DNA of 64,000 nt from Psilocybe cubensis (Eukaryota): the NCBI GenBank assembly GCA_017499595.2, contig CM039009.1, positions 2,108,001-2,172,000 on the forward strand, written 5' to 3'. Positions 1 to 14,588 of the stretch are shown in pieces. The notes under the pieces are model-generated. The model was not told the origin of the DNA, searched no databases, and worked only from the letters and a program-made list of their open reading frames with translations. Positions within the stretch are counted from its first letter, which is position 1. Each line of letters opens with the position of its first letter. The position numbers were made by a program, and so were the translations under genes.

Positions 1-879
1 TCGCGGTAGAAGAGAACCCTCATGCTGTTCTCGATGATAGCAAGAGCTTGCTCCTCCGTCAAAGTATCCTCGCGTCCTTCAACAGCTTCACGGAGTAAAG
101 GTTGGGCGATATGACCACCGTAACCGGTTGCGAGTGTGGAAGCGGAATAGGTGGTGCCCAAAAGGTCAACATAAGAAAGGAATCTATTGAGAAAGAGTCA
201 GAACAGAAATGTATTATATAGTGAAGTAACGCACTTCTTTCCATCCTTGACGCCTCCCACGAGGATTGAATTCCACAGCGGGTTCATCTTTGATCGTCGG
301 GCGTACATCACTTGGGCGAGGTATTCATGGATTTCTGCAGGTCCAAGGCTATGACCATCTTGAGCGGTAAATTCGGAGATGGTGAGTTCGTCGAGAATGG
401 TTTGCAGGTATTGGAAATCGGACATGTCCCCTCCAGCACCGATGACAGTGTGATCTCCAACAGGGTGAAGACGTCGCACGTCCTTGAAACGGGCCAGGGA
501 TCCGTACGACGCTATATCACATGGGTCAGCATCTTTTTGACCCAATACAACTCACAGACGCACCAAGGTTGTCTGCTGCCATCATGATACCATCTTTATA
601 CTTGATAGCCAAAACACTCGTTCCCGTTACGATTGGCTGCCTTAAACGTTTTTTGGTCATGAAAGCGAGTTGAAACAGTGTCAGAAGTCATACTGTGTTC
701 GCTGTACACCCGCCGAAAATGCATCTTGGTCGTTTTTTGGCCGCGAGTGGATAGGATATGTTCCATACGCGTCAATGGCATCGTTACGCTGAACGAATCA
801 TTACTTGTGAGAGTTTGACTCCATTATGACTTGTATGGATACTTACAGGTCGACCCCAGTTTGTTGGAAAGTGATCCAT
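1..879 (-). CDS. PRE4: 20S proteasome subunit beta type-7 (PSMB4/Pre4), multi-exon, 3' end outside the window
   Basis: ATG at 879. Spliced reading MDHFPTNWGRP...QPIVTGTSVLAIKYKDGIMMAADNL|ASYGSLARFKDVRRLH...GAGGDMSDFQY...MYARRSKMNPLWN matches beta7 motifs. GT-AG introns at the junctions. Confidence 0.93.
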
Positions 880-1261
880 GGGATAGAATTACGGATTTGA
901 GATGAAAGGATTGTGAAGTCGTTGAAGAGGTCAATACAGAATCCAGGAGAACGCGCAAGCAGGACGCGTACTCCCAGTAGCTGACGTAACAGAGTCACGC
1001 ACAGATCGCTGACTCGATCTAATCTTATCAGTTGAACCACCTCCAACCACCTCCCAAGTCAAATCCCAAGATTCCCGGAGTTCACGGTGCGTAATGGCAA
1101 ATAACTACAGTAAATGTAAAATGGAACGATATTTAACTGGGAGAAGTCTTCTCGAATTTTTTCTTCCAGTGGCATAACTTGTGTAGTCAAAAACAGTATT
1201 TATGCAAGAAATGCGATAACTCTGATACAAGAAGAAAAATAGTAGGTATATCGAGCTTATT

Positions 1262-4200
1262 TCAGGTTGCCTTGTGCATCAAGGTTGCATTTCTGTCTTC
1301 GTACTCCTGGCAACTTCGGTAGAGATTCTCTGCATCCGCTTTCAATGCCGCTAATTTGACTATTTTTATAAAACATTAGTTGGTCAACGGCAAGACTGTA
1401 ATGTAATTGCTTGAAGCACAAACCTTGCTCAATAAGCTGCGGTTTAAGAACCTTGTTCGTTATCTCTCTTTGAATATCCTCAAATAACTCGGCAAGTGTC
1501 CAATAGCTCGACAGCTGCATGATATCTAGAACATGTTCAATCGGAAGACTTTCAACGTCTGGGTGGGTTCCCTTGTAGATGTAGTCTACTCATTATTAAT
1601 TAGACATAAATGTATCTAAATGGTGACTATAATTTAAAGACATACCTAGAACCGCACGAACACAGTCTGCGGAATAATCCGAAACGTCACACAGAATTGG
1701 TTCTTCAGAGGATGCAGCCTTAGCTTCCTTGAATCCTCCGCAGAAGCGATCGTTGAAGTATTCGCTGCAAACAGCCAAAAAGCTTCTGTGGCCTACTAAA
1801 CGTTCCGCGCTGGGATCACTAAGATCTCCAATGACGAATACGACATCAAACAGCTTGCTATCCTCTCTTAATTTTTGGAACCCCGCGCGAAGCAGTTCCA
1901 ACTTGGAGCTAGAGCTGGCGGGTGTCTGACTCGACGGATATTGTGGATGGAAAACATCCACCGCCCCTGCGGCGCGTAGCAGTTCTTCATACGGAAGGAG
2001 AAATCTACGAACATGCCGAATGTGAGCATCAATATCTTGCTTTTCAAATACCAGCTGCTCAGCGCAGTCCCATATCCATTCGTCTAAATCTTGGTCATTT
2101 ACATTGAGGAATATATGCTGGTGTTGGGTGTCAGGTGGGATGACAGATTGACCCGCTGTTATCACTTGTTCGTTGAGAAACCGGTATGACTCCTTCACAT
2201 CATGTATAACGATGCGGCGCTGTGAGGACGACAAGTTCTCCAAACGAGTTAGAAAATGAATGTGTGCTATCTGAGTTTATATATCAAGAGCATGTATATT
2301 TTCGTCAGCTATTCACCTTAGGTGTGAAAAGCCGGGACTTACAACTTCTGTGACGCTCGGTTGGCCCAGTTTGGGGTACGCCATAATAACTCTCTGGTGA
2401 GGTTGATTGGCAAAGCTTGCCCTTTGGCTCCACGCTACAGACTCGTACTCTTTTCTTACAAGATCAGATGGAGTTACAACTCGCCCCAGTGCGGTCACAT
2501 TTGACGGGAGATTCAAACCAGGGAGTCGGGTGTCCTCGTTAGGAAGCAGGCGACGAGCGGACATGTCTCTCGGAATAAACGCATATTCATCTAGATCATG
2601 CCAAAGATCTTCCCTGTTTGCTGGGACACGCATAGGCAGGATTTCTCCGTACGCTTCGAAAAGAATAGAAGCTCTGTTTGCTTTATCCTCCTCATCCTCT
2701 TCGCTCATAGCGTCGAGAACCTCTGCACATTCAAGAAAGCTTTCAAAGTTGAGGCTGCTCTCAGATTTAAGACCATATTTCTGCAGTGCCTGATCGAGTT
2801 GCTGAAATTCAGGGTGTATAAAACGATCTGAATGAAGACCAAATACCGCCTCAAACAGAGGTTCTCTGGCGTACAATACGTTTGAATCTCGAGTTATAGA
2901 GTTGCAGTTCGGAACTGGGATGACAGTGCTATAAGAAGGGACCAATCGAGGTAGCCATGTTTCCAGAAGTTGTCGGTAAGACTGCAGGTCCTGAGGTGAT
3001 AAAATATCAGGAAGGATTAACATCTCCCTGAGCTGGTCGTAGTCAATACGAGGGCCGTTCAAGAAACGAAGGGCGCCATATTCAGCCACATATACTCTCA
3101 TAAAAGGTCCTGCAATAGTCAAGGGAAGACCCTCTGGTAACATATAAACATCTGAAGCTGTGCACAGTTCCTCTGCTGATCCAGAACGGGCGCCAATCCA
3201 CAGCGGGAGTCTCTGCGCTACTGGTTGGAGCTCTGGAGGTAATTCATGGTCGATACTACGACGAACCCAGTTCGCAAAAGCGTCTTGCACGTCGGGAGGC
3301 ATATCTAATACGATCTCCGTTATGTTACTTTGTAAAGGTCCTGGAAGAGCCTTCAATACATTTTCGAGGTTGAACATCGGATAGCCGTCGTTGCGGAATA
3401 TGTCCATTAGAGAGGGGGGAATGCCATTATCTGATACTCGGACGATGTTTAAACCCAGGCGGGCAAGAAACATCCGTATGAGTTCGTACTGCTCGGTATT
3501 ACCATCCACCAGCAAAGTCGACACGTCTTTACAGCTCGATAAAGAAGCGAACCAATTATTGCGAACAAGTGGTACCAGAGGAAGGTTGGATATGTCATCT
3601 GTGACAAGACCGAGGTGGTTGTACTCGTCCCAAGTTTCCCAGAAGTCGCCGATCCAATCTGAGAGCTCTGGGGAAGCCTCGAAGGGAAATGATAGTGGCA
3701 AAGGGAATTTGGCCGAAATAAACATGCTGAGTGACTCAGTATTAAGAATAGCGACATTAACGTCAATCTTCAATAATACTTCTTTTAGCTTCCTTTTAAG
3801 TTGTGGATGAACAAAGTACTGTTGAGGGAAATTGTGGTGCGTGGATGGCGTTTTCGGCATCCATGCATAGAAATTGAACGAAGCATTACTGCGACTTTGT
3901 AGAGTGCCGAGGGTGCCGCTTTCAAGAGGAAGTATAGGAGCACCATGCATATTTGCCACTCCATCCATTTGGTCGCCAAGAAAATACGCAATGATTTCTT
4001 CAATATCTTGGAAACGGGAGAGACTGGGGGAGAGGATCCCAGAAGACGCGGCTCGTACGATTTCAGCTTTCACAAATTCCGGAGATACAACGGAAAGACT
4101 TGATTTCTTCATCAATTGAAATATACTTTTTGAAGGTTTTGCAACTGTAGCTGGGCGAAGTAAGGATAACAACCTCTCAACGCTGGCCGGTTCTTCCCCA

Positions 4201-7200
4201 GAAAGAACAGCTTCCTGAGGTGTAAGCCGTATTTCTGGATCATATGCGCTGCGTAACACTTGTCGATGAGACTCTTTAAGATGATTTGAGTAAAAGGAGT
4301 CGATAATTAATCGAGAATATGGGTCCTCCGTTTGATGACGAGGCAGTCCTGGCCACCAAGATTTATTGGTGTCGTGTGATAGAAGCAATTTTTGAAGTAA
4401 GCAGAGGTACAATGGTGGGATGACGTTAGAGAGAAGCCATGTGTTGAACTTATTCTCTAGTACATCAAGCCGTATGCTTCGCCTATCGGGGGATAATAGA
4501 AAAGAAGCCATTACATGCGCTGGGAGTGATGTTTGAAGACTTAGAGGTAGAGTCGAAAAAAACCTGTGAGGCTGTGGACTATGAGAAGTTGCGTTTCTTA
4601 AAACTGCAAGACCTGCCAAAGCAGGCAGTCTTGGTCTACTTGTAGATAAGATGGGTGTGAGGATATCATGGGGTATACTTGACTTTGCCACAGACGTCTT
4701 GACGGTTTGCCAAGTTGAAGTACTGCCCTCACTGTCAGTGATGTTAACTTGGGCGCAGGAGAATCCAGTATCCGGTTCAACTTCTTCCTCGCTACGATGG
4801 GCAGAAACAGACCATGACTCTTCTAAATCCCCCATAGCGTTGCGGTTGAGCTTGGTGATAGTATCAATTCCGGTAAAAAGTAAACACTCGCTTGCCGAGC
4901 AGCCATCAATTGCTGAGCGTCTAAAGTCTTGTAGGATGTGGTTGATATCCTCGGCTGTGTAAGTGCGTTGAGATATGGCCTTGGTTTCAATTCCTTTCAA
5001 GTGTCGACTATTACGAAGGGGAAGGATAAATATGGTCTACAATCTGAATTTAGAATGATTCCTCACTATTACATACGGAAAAGAGACATACCCCTTGGAA
5101 TGATCCTTCGTTCGCGATTCCGAAACCGAATAAACCATCCACGCAAGCAAGATGACTGGGATAATACCTGTGCTTACGGTCATCATGCTGAATAAAAAGT
5201 ACATAAAATGACCCTTACTCCCGAACACGCTTGAGAGGTAGCATTAATGATGCCTGATCACGGATAGGTAGGTGTTCTTTCGAAGGGTTCAAAAACAATA
5301 CACTCGAGTTTGATACAACGATGGCCATCTGAAATATTGTGAAATAGTATACAGGGATTACTGTAAAATACGTACCTCGGTGAAATGGAACATCGTAAGT
5401 GCCCCAAGTCCAAATTGACCTATTGTATCTCCCTTCCCTTCCTTGCCTCCGATCCCTGTTCGCCGGATACCAATAAAATCAGAATCTGTGAATACTGAGT
5501 TGTTATACACCACCAAAGTAGGTGAGGTACAAAACGGAATCATCGAATCTGAGAGTGCCCGGATGTTCTCATCTAGAATGGGGTGGTAATAATTGACAAG
5601 CAGTGAGAATTGAGTAGCACCAGCGTCAACTGCGTTTGCGAGGAATTCTGTGGCAAACTGTTTATCTTTATACTGCTCTAGATTGTTGCGCACAGTAGTG
5701 ACTAGATGTTGACCCATGTCGACGTATGAATCACTGAAGTCGACGTATTTCAAACCTAACCGATTCAATCCCAGTTTCCTCGCTAATGGCTCCTCCAAAA
5801 GTTCATGAGCAATGCGGTCATCACCAGAGGACACAAGATTGGCATGACTACCAATGTCATTGAAATAAAGTTCCTCAATCGGGAGTAACTGGCATGAAGC
5901 GTCAGGGACGAGGATTTGAGCACGCTCAGCGTCCGTGAAGTCAGATTTCAATGATCGTAGCATGTTAAGAGACATGCTGAGGTTATGCAAAGAGGGGGGC
6001 TCTTCTCGAAGGGCCTTTAGATTAGCGATAATGGCTTCGGTAGTGGGACTACGGGAAACCACATTTTAATTTAAATTTTTTGGAAGGTTTTAAAGGAACA
6101 TGTACCTTTCCTGGCAGCCCATCAGCTCCAAAAATTCTCGCATCTTTTTGTCCAGAGAAAGCACTTGATAGAAGCCCGATTCTGGAATGGAGACAACAAA
6201 TACGGCGTTTTGCGTTTCCACAAGATGACTATCAGTGGTTGGTACCCACTTTCGCCCGGAAGTTACCCTTTTCAACTCAGCAAAGTCTGTTGGGTTGCAG
6301 GAGCGAGTGCTGAGCTCTTTGACGATATCATGAACTTTCATAAAGTTGCCATCTTCCTCCGTTAGGACTCGTTCGAGCTGGTTGATTAGAACCTCTCTTG
6401 AAAGGGGGGCGTCCCATCCTAGAGCGTGAATCAACGACGATGGAATTTTGAACGAGTCCATGGTATCCAAAACTCGATCAAAGAGATTAGGATTGGTTAG
6501 ATTCCCATCCCTGCATTCTGCATAACCGCGCAATCCTTTATCGGTTGGTAGCCATTTTTGTTTGGGATTAAGTCGAAGTCCCGAGCAATCAAAGCGGGAG
6601 CTGATAATGAGATTCAGCAACGCCCTCGAGACTTCGATGGCACCTGGGGATAATGAACTAGAAATATGCTCGATACGTTCCTGTACTATTTCTGTGGTTA
6701 AGGCCGAGCGCAGCATGCGCAAATCTTGCAACAGACTGACGATCTTCTTCTCTGAGTCTGAGACCGCACGCGCTTGGAATGACGGACTGGATACGTAAAG
6801 CGCGTGTAATTTTGATTTCGGGTCCACCACATCGACGGCTTTCTGCTGCGAGCCGTCCATCACAGTGACAAACTTGATGTCGCGTAATGTTTGAAAAACT
6901 ATGGGGGGAACATGGTTACGATATCGATTGAGGTAGGACAAGGTGGCCACCTTCACATGGTCCGGCTGAGAAGTAAAGTGTTTGATCGTCAAAGAAAGGA
7001 CGTCAATAACTGACAATCGTTTCGACGTATCCGGCTCAAGATAGTCCAAAAGATTTGAAATACTTGTGTCAAGCTGAATAAATGCTACCCCTTCTACTAT
7101 TGGCAAGAAAGGCGGATTGTCGACTGCTCTCAAAGATACTTCATGTGGTATTTGATCCCAGGTAACAACAATACCTGCAGAGTTCAAAGGTGGGAAGGTG

Positions 7201-9860
7201 GCAATAGGAAAAATTGGCATGCCCTTCAATCGGCCAATGTGCTCCATAGTGAAAGGGCCATTTCGCATGACGCACCCTGCGGCATTCCCGACCACGTGCC
7301 TTAGAATGGTAGTGCACGTATCCGCGGAAAACGTAGGCCCACGAGCACCAGGGGATGGTTGAGGCAAGGATTCCAGAAGGGCATGAATGTCTGAGATTTT
7401 TCGAACCAGTTGATGAGATTCAATGATGTTCTGAGAAACGTGGCTAACGTCTGCGTCGAGGAAAGGTATGCCAACCAAAGATAGATGTCGAACTATTTTT
7501 GGATGTTCCCCAAGCGATTTGAATAAAGGCGTCATTACCTTCCGTAGGCCTTGTGTAGATGGCAAGAGGTAGAGATCGCGGACACTTTTCAACAGCTCTT
7601 CTTTCTGGTCGTAAGTGCTGGTCCAAAACCAAAACGCCGAAAGCCACTTGATAGCTCGAGGGTCGGTGCGGAGGAGGGATAAGTCTAGTCCAAGCTTGTT
7701 CGGGTAGATCGAGAGATATTCAACGATGCGGGGTATAGAAAGTGTTTCAACATTGAGATGCATCGGTCCCAAAGTTCGGAGACTCTCCGCTGCTTTCACA
7801 GGAAGGAAATGCAAAGGAATAGCCTCATCATCACATGCCCCGAAGACATTGTACTCGACTTCACTTAACATAGTGTAAGACCTTATTCCAGGGATGCCCT
7901 TAGCAGATAGGGACACTGTACGATCATCGACGACGGGGATGATGGGCAGACCAATAAGGTTTTGCACATTCCCACTGGAAAGTAGATATTCGATAACTAT
8001 TTTCTTGTCACCTTTTGAAGCAATCCGTATTGTATCTCTCTCCTATTTTGACAAAATTTGATAAAAAAAAATCGGACATTTAATATAAACAACTCACGAG
8101 TAGTGATTTGTGGGCTTCCTCAGGGGATAAGAACCTGAACCCGCCCGAGCTCTTAATCAAGCCATGAATATATCGAGGCGGGCAGGTAAATTGTAGCCCC
8201 ATAGCGGTGAGGGCATCCAGCAATGCTAGTGGTGTTTTTGGTTCCGCGGATATAACAACATCGAGTGTTTTGTACTCGATGCTCAACGAAGGTGATTGGC
8301 TGTGCTGATATAGTGGCCAGGCATGCGAAAGGGAAGAGGTTATTGCAGCGAAGACGCGCTGAGGCATCAAATTCCAGTAGACACCCTCGCCACTGGTAGG
8401 AGATCCCTGAGGGGGTGGCCAAGTATCAAAGACCTTTGGAACGTTGTCCTTTTCAATAAGAATTTCGATTAGTATCTTCCATGCCTGTGGGATATAATGG
8501 TCGAACAACAAGCGATTCCACAAGATGGTGAGACTTTGACAAGTTAGATTAACACAACGTGTTAGAGAAAGGTGCTTACTGCCGATCACTTCCATGTACG
8601 ATACCTGCTGTCTGTGGGTTGACAAGGTGCTGTCGCGATTCCTCGATAGCAAACAATCCATGAATATGCACGGGGAACCCTGTGGATATCGGTAAAGGCA
8701 GATGCATGAAAAGCTGACCCGATGTCCCCGTGCTGGACTTCGCATCCAAAGGGAATGCAATGCCAATGTTTGGCGTTAGCTTGTTGTTTCTTAGGATCTC
8801 AGTGGCATCTCCTGGAAAGGTCTGTGAAAGGAGCTTGATGGCTTCATCCTTTGAGAACGAGCATTGGAGAATGCGCCATTGTTCGGTTTTGACCAAAGGG
8901 TCCGAGTCACGTTTAATCGTAGTCGTAAAAAGATATGTTTCCCATTCCAACCCATGATTGACGTGTGACGCTGACACCGAGAGGGTTGCTAAACGTTTGT
9001 GCATCCCTGTCTCTTCAACTTGATGGAATTTTACCGAACGTAAGTGCCGGAGGAAAAGAAGGGATATTGCGAGCTCTCTGTCGATATACTTGGAAAAAAT
9101 TTCTGAAGCAAGCTCTTCGGGCTGCACAACTTTCGAACTGATTTTGCTGGGTTCAGTCCTCAGCGGGCAACGAATGACAGTCCCCTTGAAGTCTCTACGC
9201 CCCTCGTGTATAAAGAAGAGGAAGGGCGCCAATTGATCCGGATAATGTGTAATCATGGACGAAAGATTTTCTTTAAATCCTGGCGACCCAGTAAACGTCG
9301 ATAAAGGGTCAAACATTGCTATGTAATTTCCGGAGATGATTTGAGGACAGTCCGTAATCTATACACAAAGTTCAGAACGTTGATACGCTGATAAAGGTAT
9401 CAGGCATACATTGAACAGGGATCGGAATCCGACACCAAATTTGCCAATTTTACTGGGGTTGCATGTTTGTTAAGCGGAATGGCCCAGAAGTGAACAATGA
9501 CTAAAACGCACGATATATCATCTACTTTAGATGATTCATGGGCATACTGCAAAGCATGCCAGTCGCTATCGTTGAACTCGGCATCGTTGTACGCTAACAG
9601 CGCTGGTCCCTGGGTTGATGCCAGTCCTGGGTGAAACAACGATTTTGTTGGATGTTGTCGGTGGTCGAGAACGAAAACCTTCAGGTAGATGAAGGAGTTG
9701 GCATGTCACGGAGCTAACGGGTACGCACCTGTTCCGACGCCCCTGCATCCTCTGAGTTCTGCTTTATCTCTGAAATCTGGCCTAGAGAGTATGGATATCG
9801 CTGAATTATACCCCGTATGACGCTAACAGGCGTCGCTGTTTGCCCAAACCCTTGGCTCAT
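1262..9860 (-). CDS. Large sacsin-like protein with two Hsp90/GHKL-like sacsin repeat modules and a C-terminal BTB/POZ domain
   Basis: ATG 9860: MSQGFGQTATPVSVIRGIIQRYPY...EIKQNSEDAGA, then YNDAEFNDSDW, GKFGVGFRS, GTVIRCPLR, LPLPISTGFPVHIHGLF. Second module: MGQHLVTTVRNNLEQY...EFLANAVDAGA...YNNSVFTDSDF...IGQFGLG. C-terminus FDVVFV...GHRSFLAVCSEYF...FCGGFKEA...VLDYIY is BTB-like. The ORF-track blocks join in frame through short GT-AG introns; stop TGA at 1262-1264. Confidence 0.85.
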
Positions 9861-10440
9861 CTTGAAGGTGGGAGTCAAAGCCAGCCAAAGGCTCTATTTT
9901 CGAGGTGTCTTATCGATGGCCTCGATGCAGTATGCAGGCGCTTATGGCGCGAAGCAGGCGAATCCAGGAACTCAGCTGACTTCATCTTGAAATATCCCCT
10001 GATGAGTTAATTGTCAAACTAAGTTTGGAGGAAATATGGACTAACAGCTGGCTTTCATCATTCCAGAGATGTAGCAGGTTTTCCATCCCTTCTGTACATT
10101 GTTGTAGATATACGGTATTGATTCTATACCCGTTGAACGAATTTGAAGAGCGGTAATCGAACAACGAGTGGACCTAAAGTGGACCGCGCGAACTGCATGC
10201 GGCGGAGTTTCAACGTGTGTGGCGGAGCTGCAATGCGGCCCCTAACAGATAAACGCGATCGAGGAGAAACGTGACCTTCGCGTCAACACAAGCAAATAAG
10301 CGCGACACTAATTAAGCGTGCGTGATCAACAAACAGCTTTCTCTTCTGTACCACCATCATCTTCAGTTGCTGACTTCAAGAAGCCACACTCGGCTCTCCC
10401 CAAGTTTTAGTAACCCCTACTCTTCAACAACACATCAAAC

Positions 10441-10941
<501 letters not shown>

Positions 10942-12573
10942 TTTGAGTGGTACCTCGCTATGGTATGTCTCTCTTTGTTCTCACTCAACTACACTTACTA
11001 AACCAACGCCTCCATGCAGCCTCCTCTCAATGTTTTGTATTCAATGCCCATGAATATGCCGTCTGGATCTCTCGTCTTTCATTCAATGTACAATTTGTAT
11101 AATAGTCCCTCAATATTATACCTCGCCATGGTGTTATGATTATTGATGACAAGCCCTTCTTGAGAGATGAATGCTTTAAAACCCTTGATCCCGAAAATGA
11201 ATCACAGGATCTAGCAACATATGTAGATCAAAGTAAATGAGTCGAAGAACAGCGAAGGCGCATATTGTGTTGCCTGAACTGGGGATATGTTTTGCCCCGA
11301 TGGATGTCGAGACCTCTCGACCTGTTTGACCCCAAATTGTAGTGACTCATAGGTTACGCGGTGGCGGAACCGAAATATATTGTTTGCAGCTGCAGGGGTG
11401 TTCTCTTTAGCTTATTCCCTTTCTGAATTTCGGTATACAGCGGGGTGAGCTGTTTGACGAGCTGAGAACCTGACGTGCACTTAAGCTGAGGAATTGGAAA
11501 GAAAATAATAGTGAAAGTAGAAGGCTGAGAGTGCACTCAGTCCGTTTGCCTCAAATCAAATGAAACGATTGTGCCAAGTTCCAAATCATGGGTAGCCTAA
11601 CATAGCATATGTAACGGGTCAGGAGGAGTGCCGATGGGAAGTGCCTATCGTCATTTCACTGTTTGCACGGGTATTGATTATAAAGTGGCAACAGGTTGTC
11701 GATACAGGTCTGAACGTTCAACCTTACAGAAATACGCTCAAGCAGCAGAGGGCTTCAATGTGGGCGAGGGAGAATTTTGCTTTTCAGGTTTGGCCTATTC
11801 CTGCACAGCCGCAGGAGATAAGGATGACAGTTATGTCTGGTCATTTGTCAAACTTTCGATATTAGAATTGCAACAGTGTATGATGTCCTTGAAATGAAAC
11901 GGGATTTCTTGTGACTATGACACTACGTCGCAACATTCACTAAAGTCCCGTCTGACGAAACGAATCGTATCGTCAGACAGGACTTTTGCCACTCGCTTAA
12001 GCATTACGGTTTCTAAACATTGCCATTGACGAGAGTAGTACAATTCGGTATATGGAGCTTTGGGAGTTAAACTTTTGTGAATTCTCGCCCTCTCCCACTG
12101 GCTCAAGTAATACAGTGCCAAAGGTCAGTCCAACGAACCACCAAACAGTCCCTGATCTATTTATAGATACTAGCTTTGGCGCACTGTCCGCGCCTGTCTT
12201 CATCAGCATGGATGTGGACGTCCTGAGGGACAACTTCAATGCTGTTTAGTTTTGTCTTGTGGTATAAAGCACACATATACATTAAACGACATGGCAAAGT
12301 AGTTAGAGATCGTCTGAGAACACAACCTCATGCGTTCTGAGTTTACGGTTCTGACGAGGTAGAAGATTAGTATAATTCAAAGGTGTATGCCGAAATTGAG
12401 GTCCCAAAATTCCGATCCACAAGCACTGTTTAATTTTCAGCCAATTTGCAATGCAAATCCTTCGATTTCCTGCTTGACCCAAGACTGACCTTGCCACCTC
12501 AAGGCGCCCTGCAAGGTAAAGGGCATCTGAGGGCCCTGCGGAATGATTAGGCGCTTTGTCAGCTCGCGTCAAC

Positions 12574-12692
12574 GGTGAGATGGCCGAGCGGTCTAAGGCG
12601 CCAGACTAAGGTACGATCAGGACATTTGATGTCCTCGCAGTTTCTGCGTAATCTGGTCTTTCGGGGCGTGGGTTCGAATCCCACTCTCATCA
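12574..12692 (+). tRNA. tRNA-Leu(AAG) with a 39-nt intron (12612-12650)
   Basis: Acceptor stem GGTGAGA/TCTCATC, A-box TGGCCGAGCGG, anticodon stem CCAGA/TCTGG with CT-AAG-G, long variable arm, T-arm GTGGG-TTCGAAT-CCCAC, T5 Pol III terminator at 12697-12701. Confidence 0.93.
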
Positions 12693-13169
12693 CATCTTTT
12701 TGTTATGCTGTGGCAGTTTTCAGTGTCAACTGGTTACTCTTTTTTCTGGATTGAAAAACTCAATCAATTCTACGCTCGCCCATTGAGGGTGTCCAAATTA
12801 TTGCCTAACGGTTTCTAAATCAAATTAACGATAGAACTACGATAGGAATTTCAGTAAGTATGCCATTGATTGCTCCCAACCACTTCATGCCTTGAAGCCT
12901 TTTGTACCCTTAGGAATTATTCCCAAAAAGTAATTTTCGATGAGGAGAGGGCTACCTAATTGTAGTGGCAGGTTATAACGAACACTCTTCTTAAAGAAAT
13001 CGAAAGATGTCTTGTGAGTGTAATACTAACAAGTGCCATCTATTACGATGATTTTTTATTTTAAATTTTAAATTTACAAACGGAAAGAAACGATATGGCC
13101 GAGGGGTGAAAAAGAATGCTGCGCTAAAGTACTTCAGAACCTGATACCTTGATAATCGACAAAAAGATG

Positions 13170-13291
13170 TGATGAGAGTGGGATTCGAACCCACGCCCCG
13201 AAAGACCAGATTACGCAGAAGCTGCGAGGACATCAAATGTCCTGGTCGTTATACCTTAGTCTGGCGCCTTAGACCGCTCGGCCATCTCACC
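13170..13291 (-). tRNA. tRNA-Leu(AAG) with a 42-nt intron; inverted second copy
   Basis: Reverse complement is identical to the 12574 copy in the mature tRNA; differences are only in the intron. T5 terminator reads as AAAAA at 13161-13165 on the + strand. Confidence 0.93.
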
Positions 13292-13429
13292 ATGTATACC
13301 TGGTCACCAAAGGGCTTTACAGCGTCTATTGCTTGCGCCAGCCTTTTTTTAAAAAATGAACTTGCTGTCGTAAATGACAGCCACGCCTCAAAACCTCCTA
13401 AATGGAATTGCAGACGTCAGACTTTGACA

Positions 13430-14438
13430 TTATGGTAGCGTTGGCCTCCACCCTTGGCACAGGTAGTACCCTTCTCTAGAGGTCGCACGGCTCGAACTCG
13501 GCTTGATATAGCTGACGTGGTTAAAATTAGGCTTCAGTTTATCGTCCTTGAATTGTTCGAGAAGTGGGTGGGCAAAAAATTTCATTCTGAACTTCGAGTT
13601 AGTAAAATCACATTGATGAGGCAAGAATACGACGCACAGAAGAACTCCGCCCCTACGTCTTCCGATACTCTCTGCCGTTCGAAGATGATTTGTAGCAAAC
13701 TCGAACACCGCTTCGCAAATTTGAAGGCTGTCCTCGATATCATGAGCATTGTTGCCTGACACGTTGGCAGCCATATCGGAGAGAACAACGTCGACCTTTC
13801 CATCTGGATTGTCGTGACTCCGTAAAAGATTTTTGATAGCCAGTGTGGTTGATGAAAGCAAAAAATCAGCTTGAAGCGTTTGGACACCAGGAATGGATTC
13901 AATCTTTAACAAGTCTACAGCAATGATGGTCCCTCGACCCGTCATATTCCCGGTATTTGGGTCAAGGCTGTCAATGTTGAGAGGGTCGAAATAGTCCAAT
14001 TCTTCTGTACGTTTTGAGTTCCATTTCTTGCGCTTCGTGCCATTATCTGAAAAAAGGGAAACGATATACAAAGATGAAGAATATTTTAGAAATAAATTAC
14101 TTACCTATGGGATGCGATTCTTTTGGAGTTACTGGATTTCTTGAGAGAGGCATCAAACCAGGTGGCGAGCGATTCCATCCCAGTTTGTCTGCGACAACTT
14201 GGCTCCATCCTCCAGGAGCCGCGCCCAGATCAACAACTGCATTGACATCCGGATATTCCAAGAACTTGTTAGATTCGTCGTTGATTTCCAGCAACTTAAA
14301 CGCAGACCTGGCTCTGTATGCCATAGGGTCGCTGAGCCTCTTCTTAACATACGGGTCACGGAATTGCCGCGATGCCCATGACGCCGATTTGGACTTGGAC
14401 TTTTCCGAAAGTCTTATCAACGATTGTCGGAAGACCAT
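13430..14438 (-). CDS. MRM2: FtsJ/RrmJ-family rRNA 2'-O-methyltransferase, likely mitochondrial Mrm2
   Basis: WASRQFRDPYVK, YRARSAFKLLEIN, VVDLGAAPGGWSQV, VDVVLSDMA, KPSSSRATSREGY; basic N-terminus from ATG 14438. Confidence 0.85.
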
Positions 14439-14588
14439 TCGTCCTATGATTCTTGCTTCGGGGGCATTGGTGGATTGTCTGGGACTTGACGCCGTCTGGA
14501 ACTGAGCAGTCACTGTCAGAGATTCCTGCAGGTCGCGTCAAAGTTGCAGCTAAAGCTGTAGCCAAGCAATTACAAACACAATATTACA

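Noticed and set aside
11354-12300. Short minus-strand ORFs with a few intron-like signals between H4 and the tRNAs
   Set aside because: Could not assemble a continuous frame or recognise any domain.
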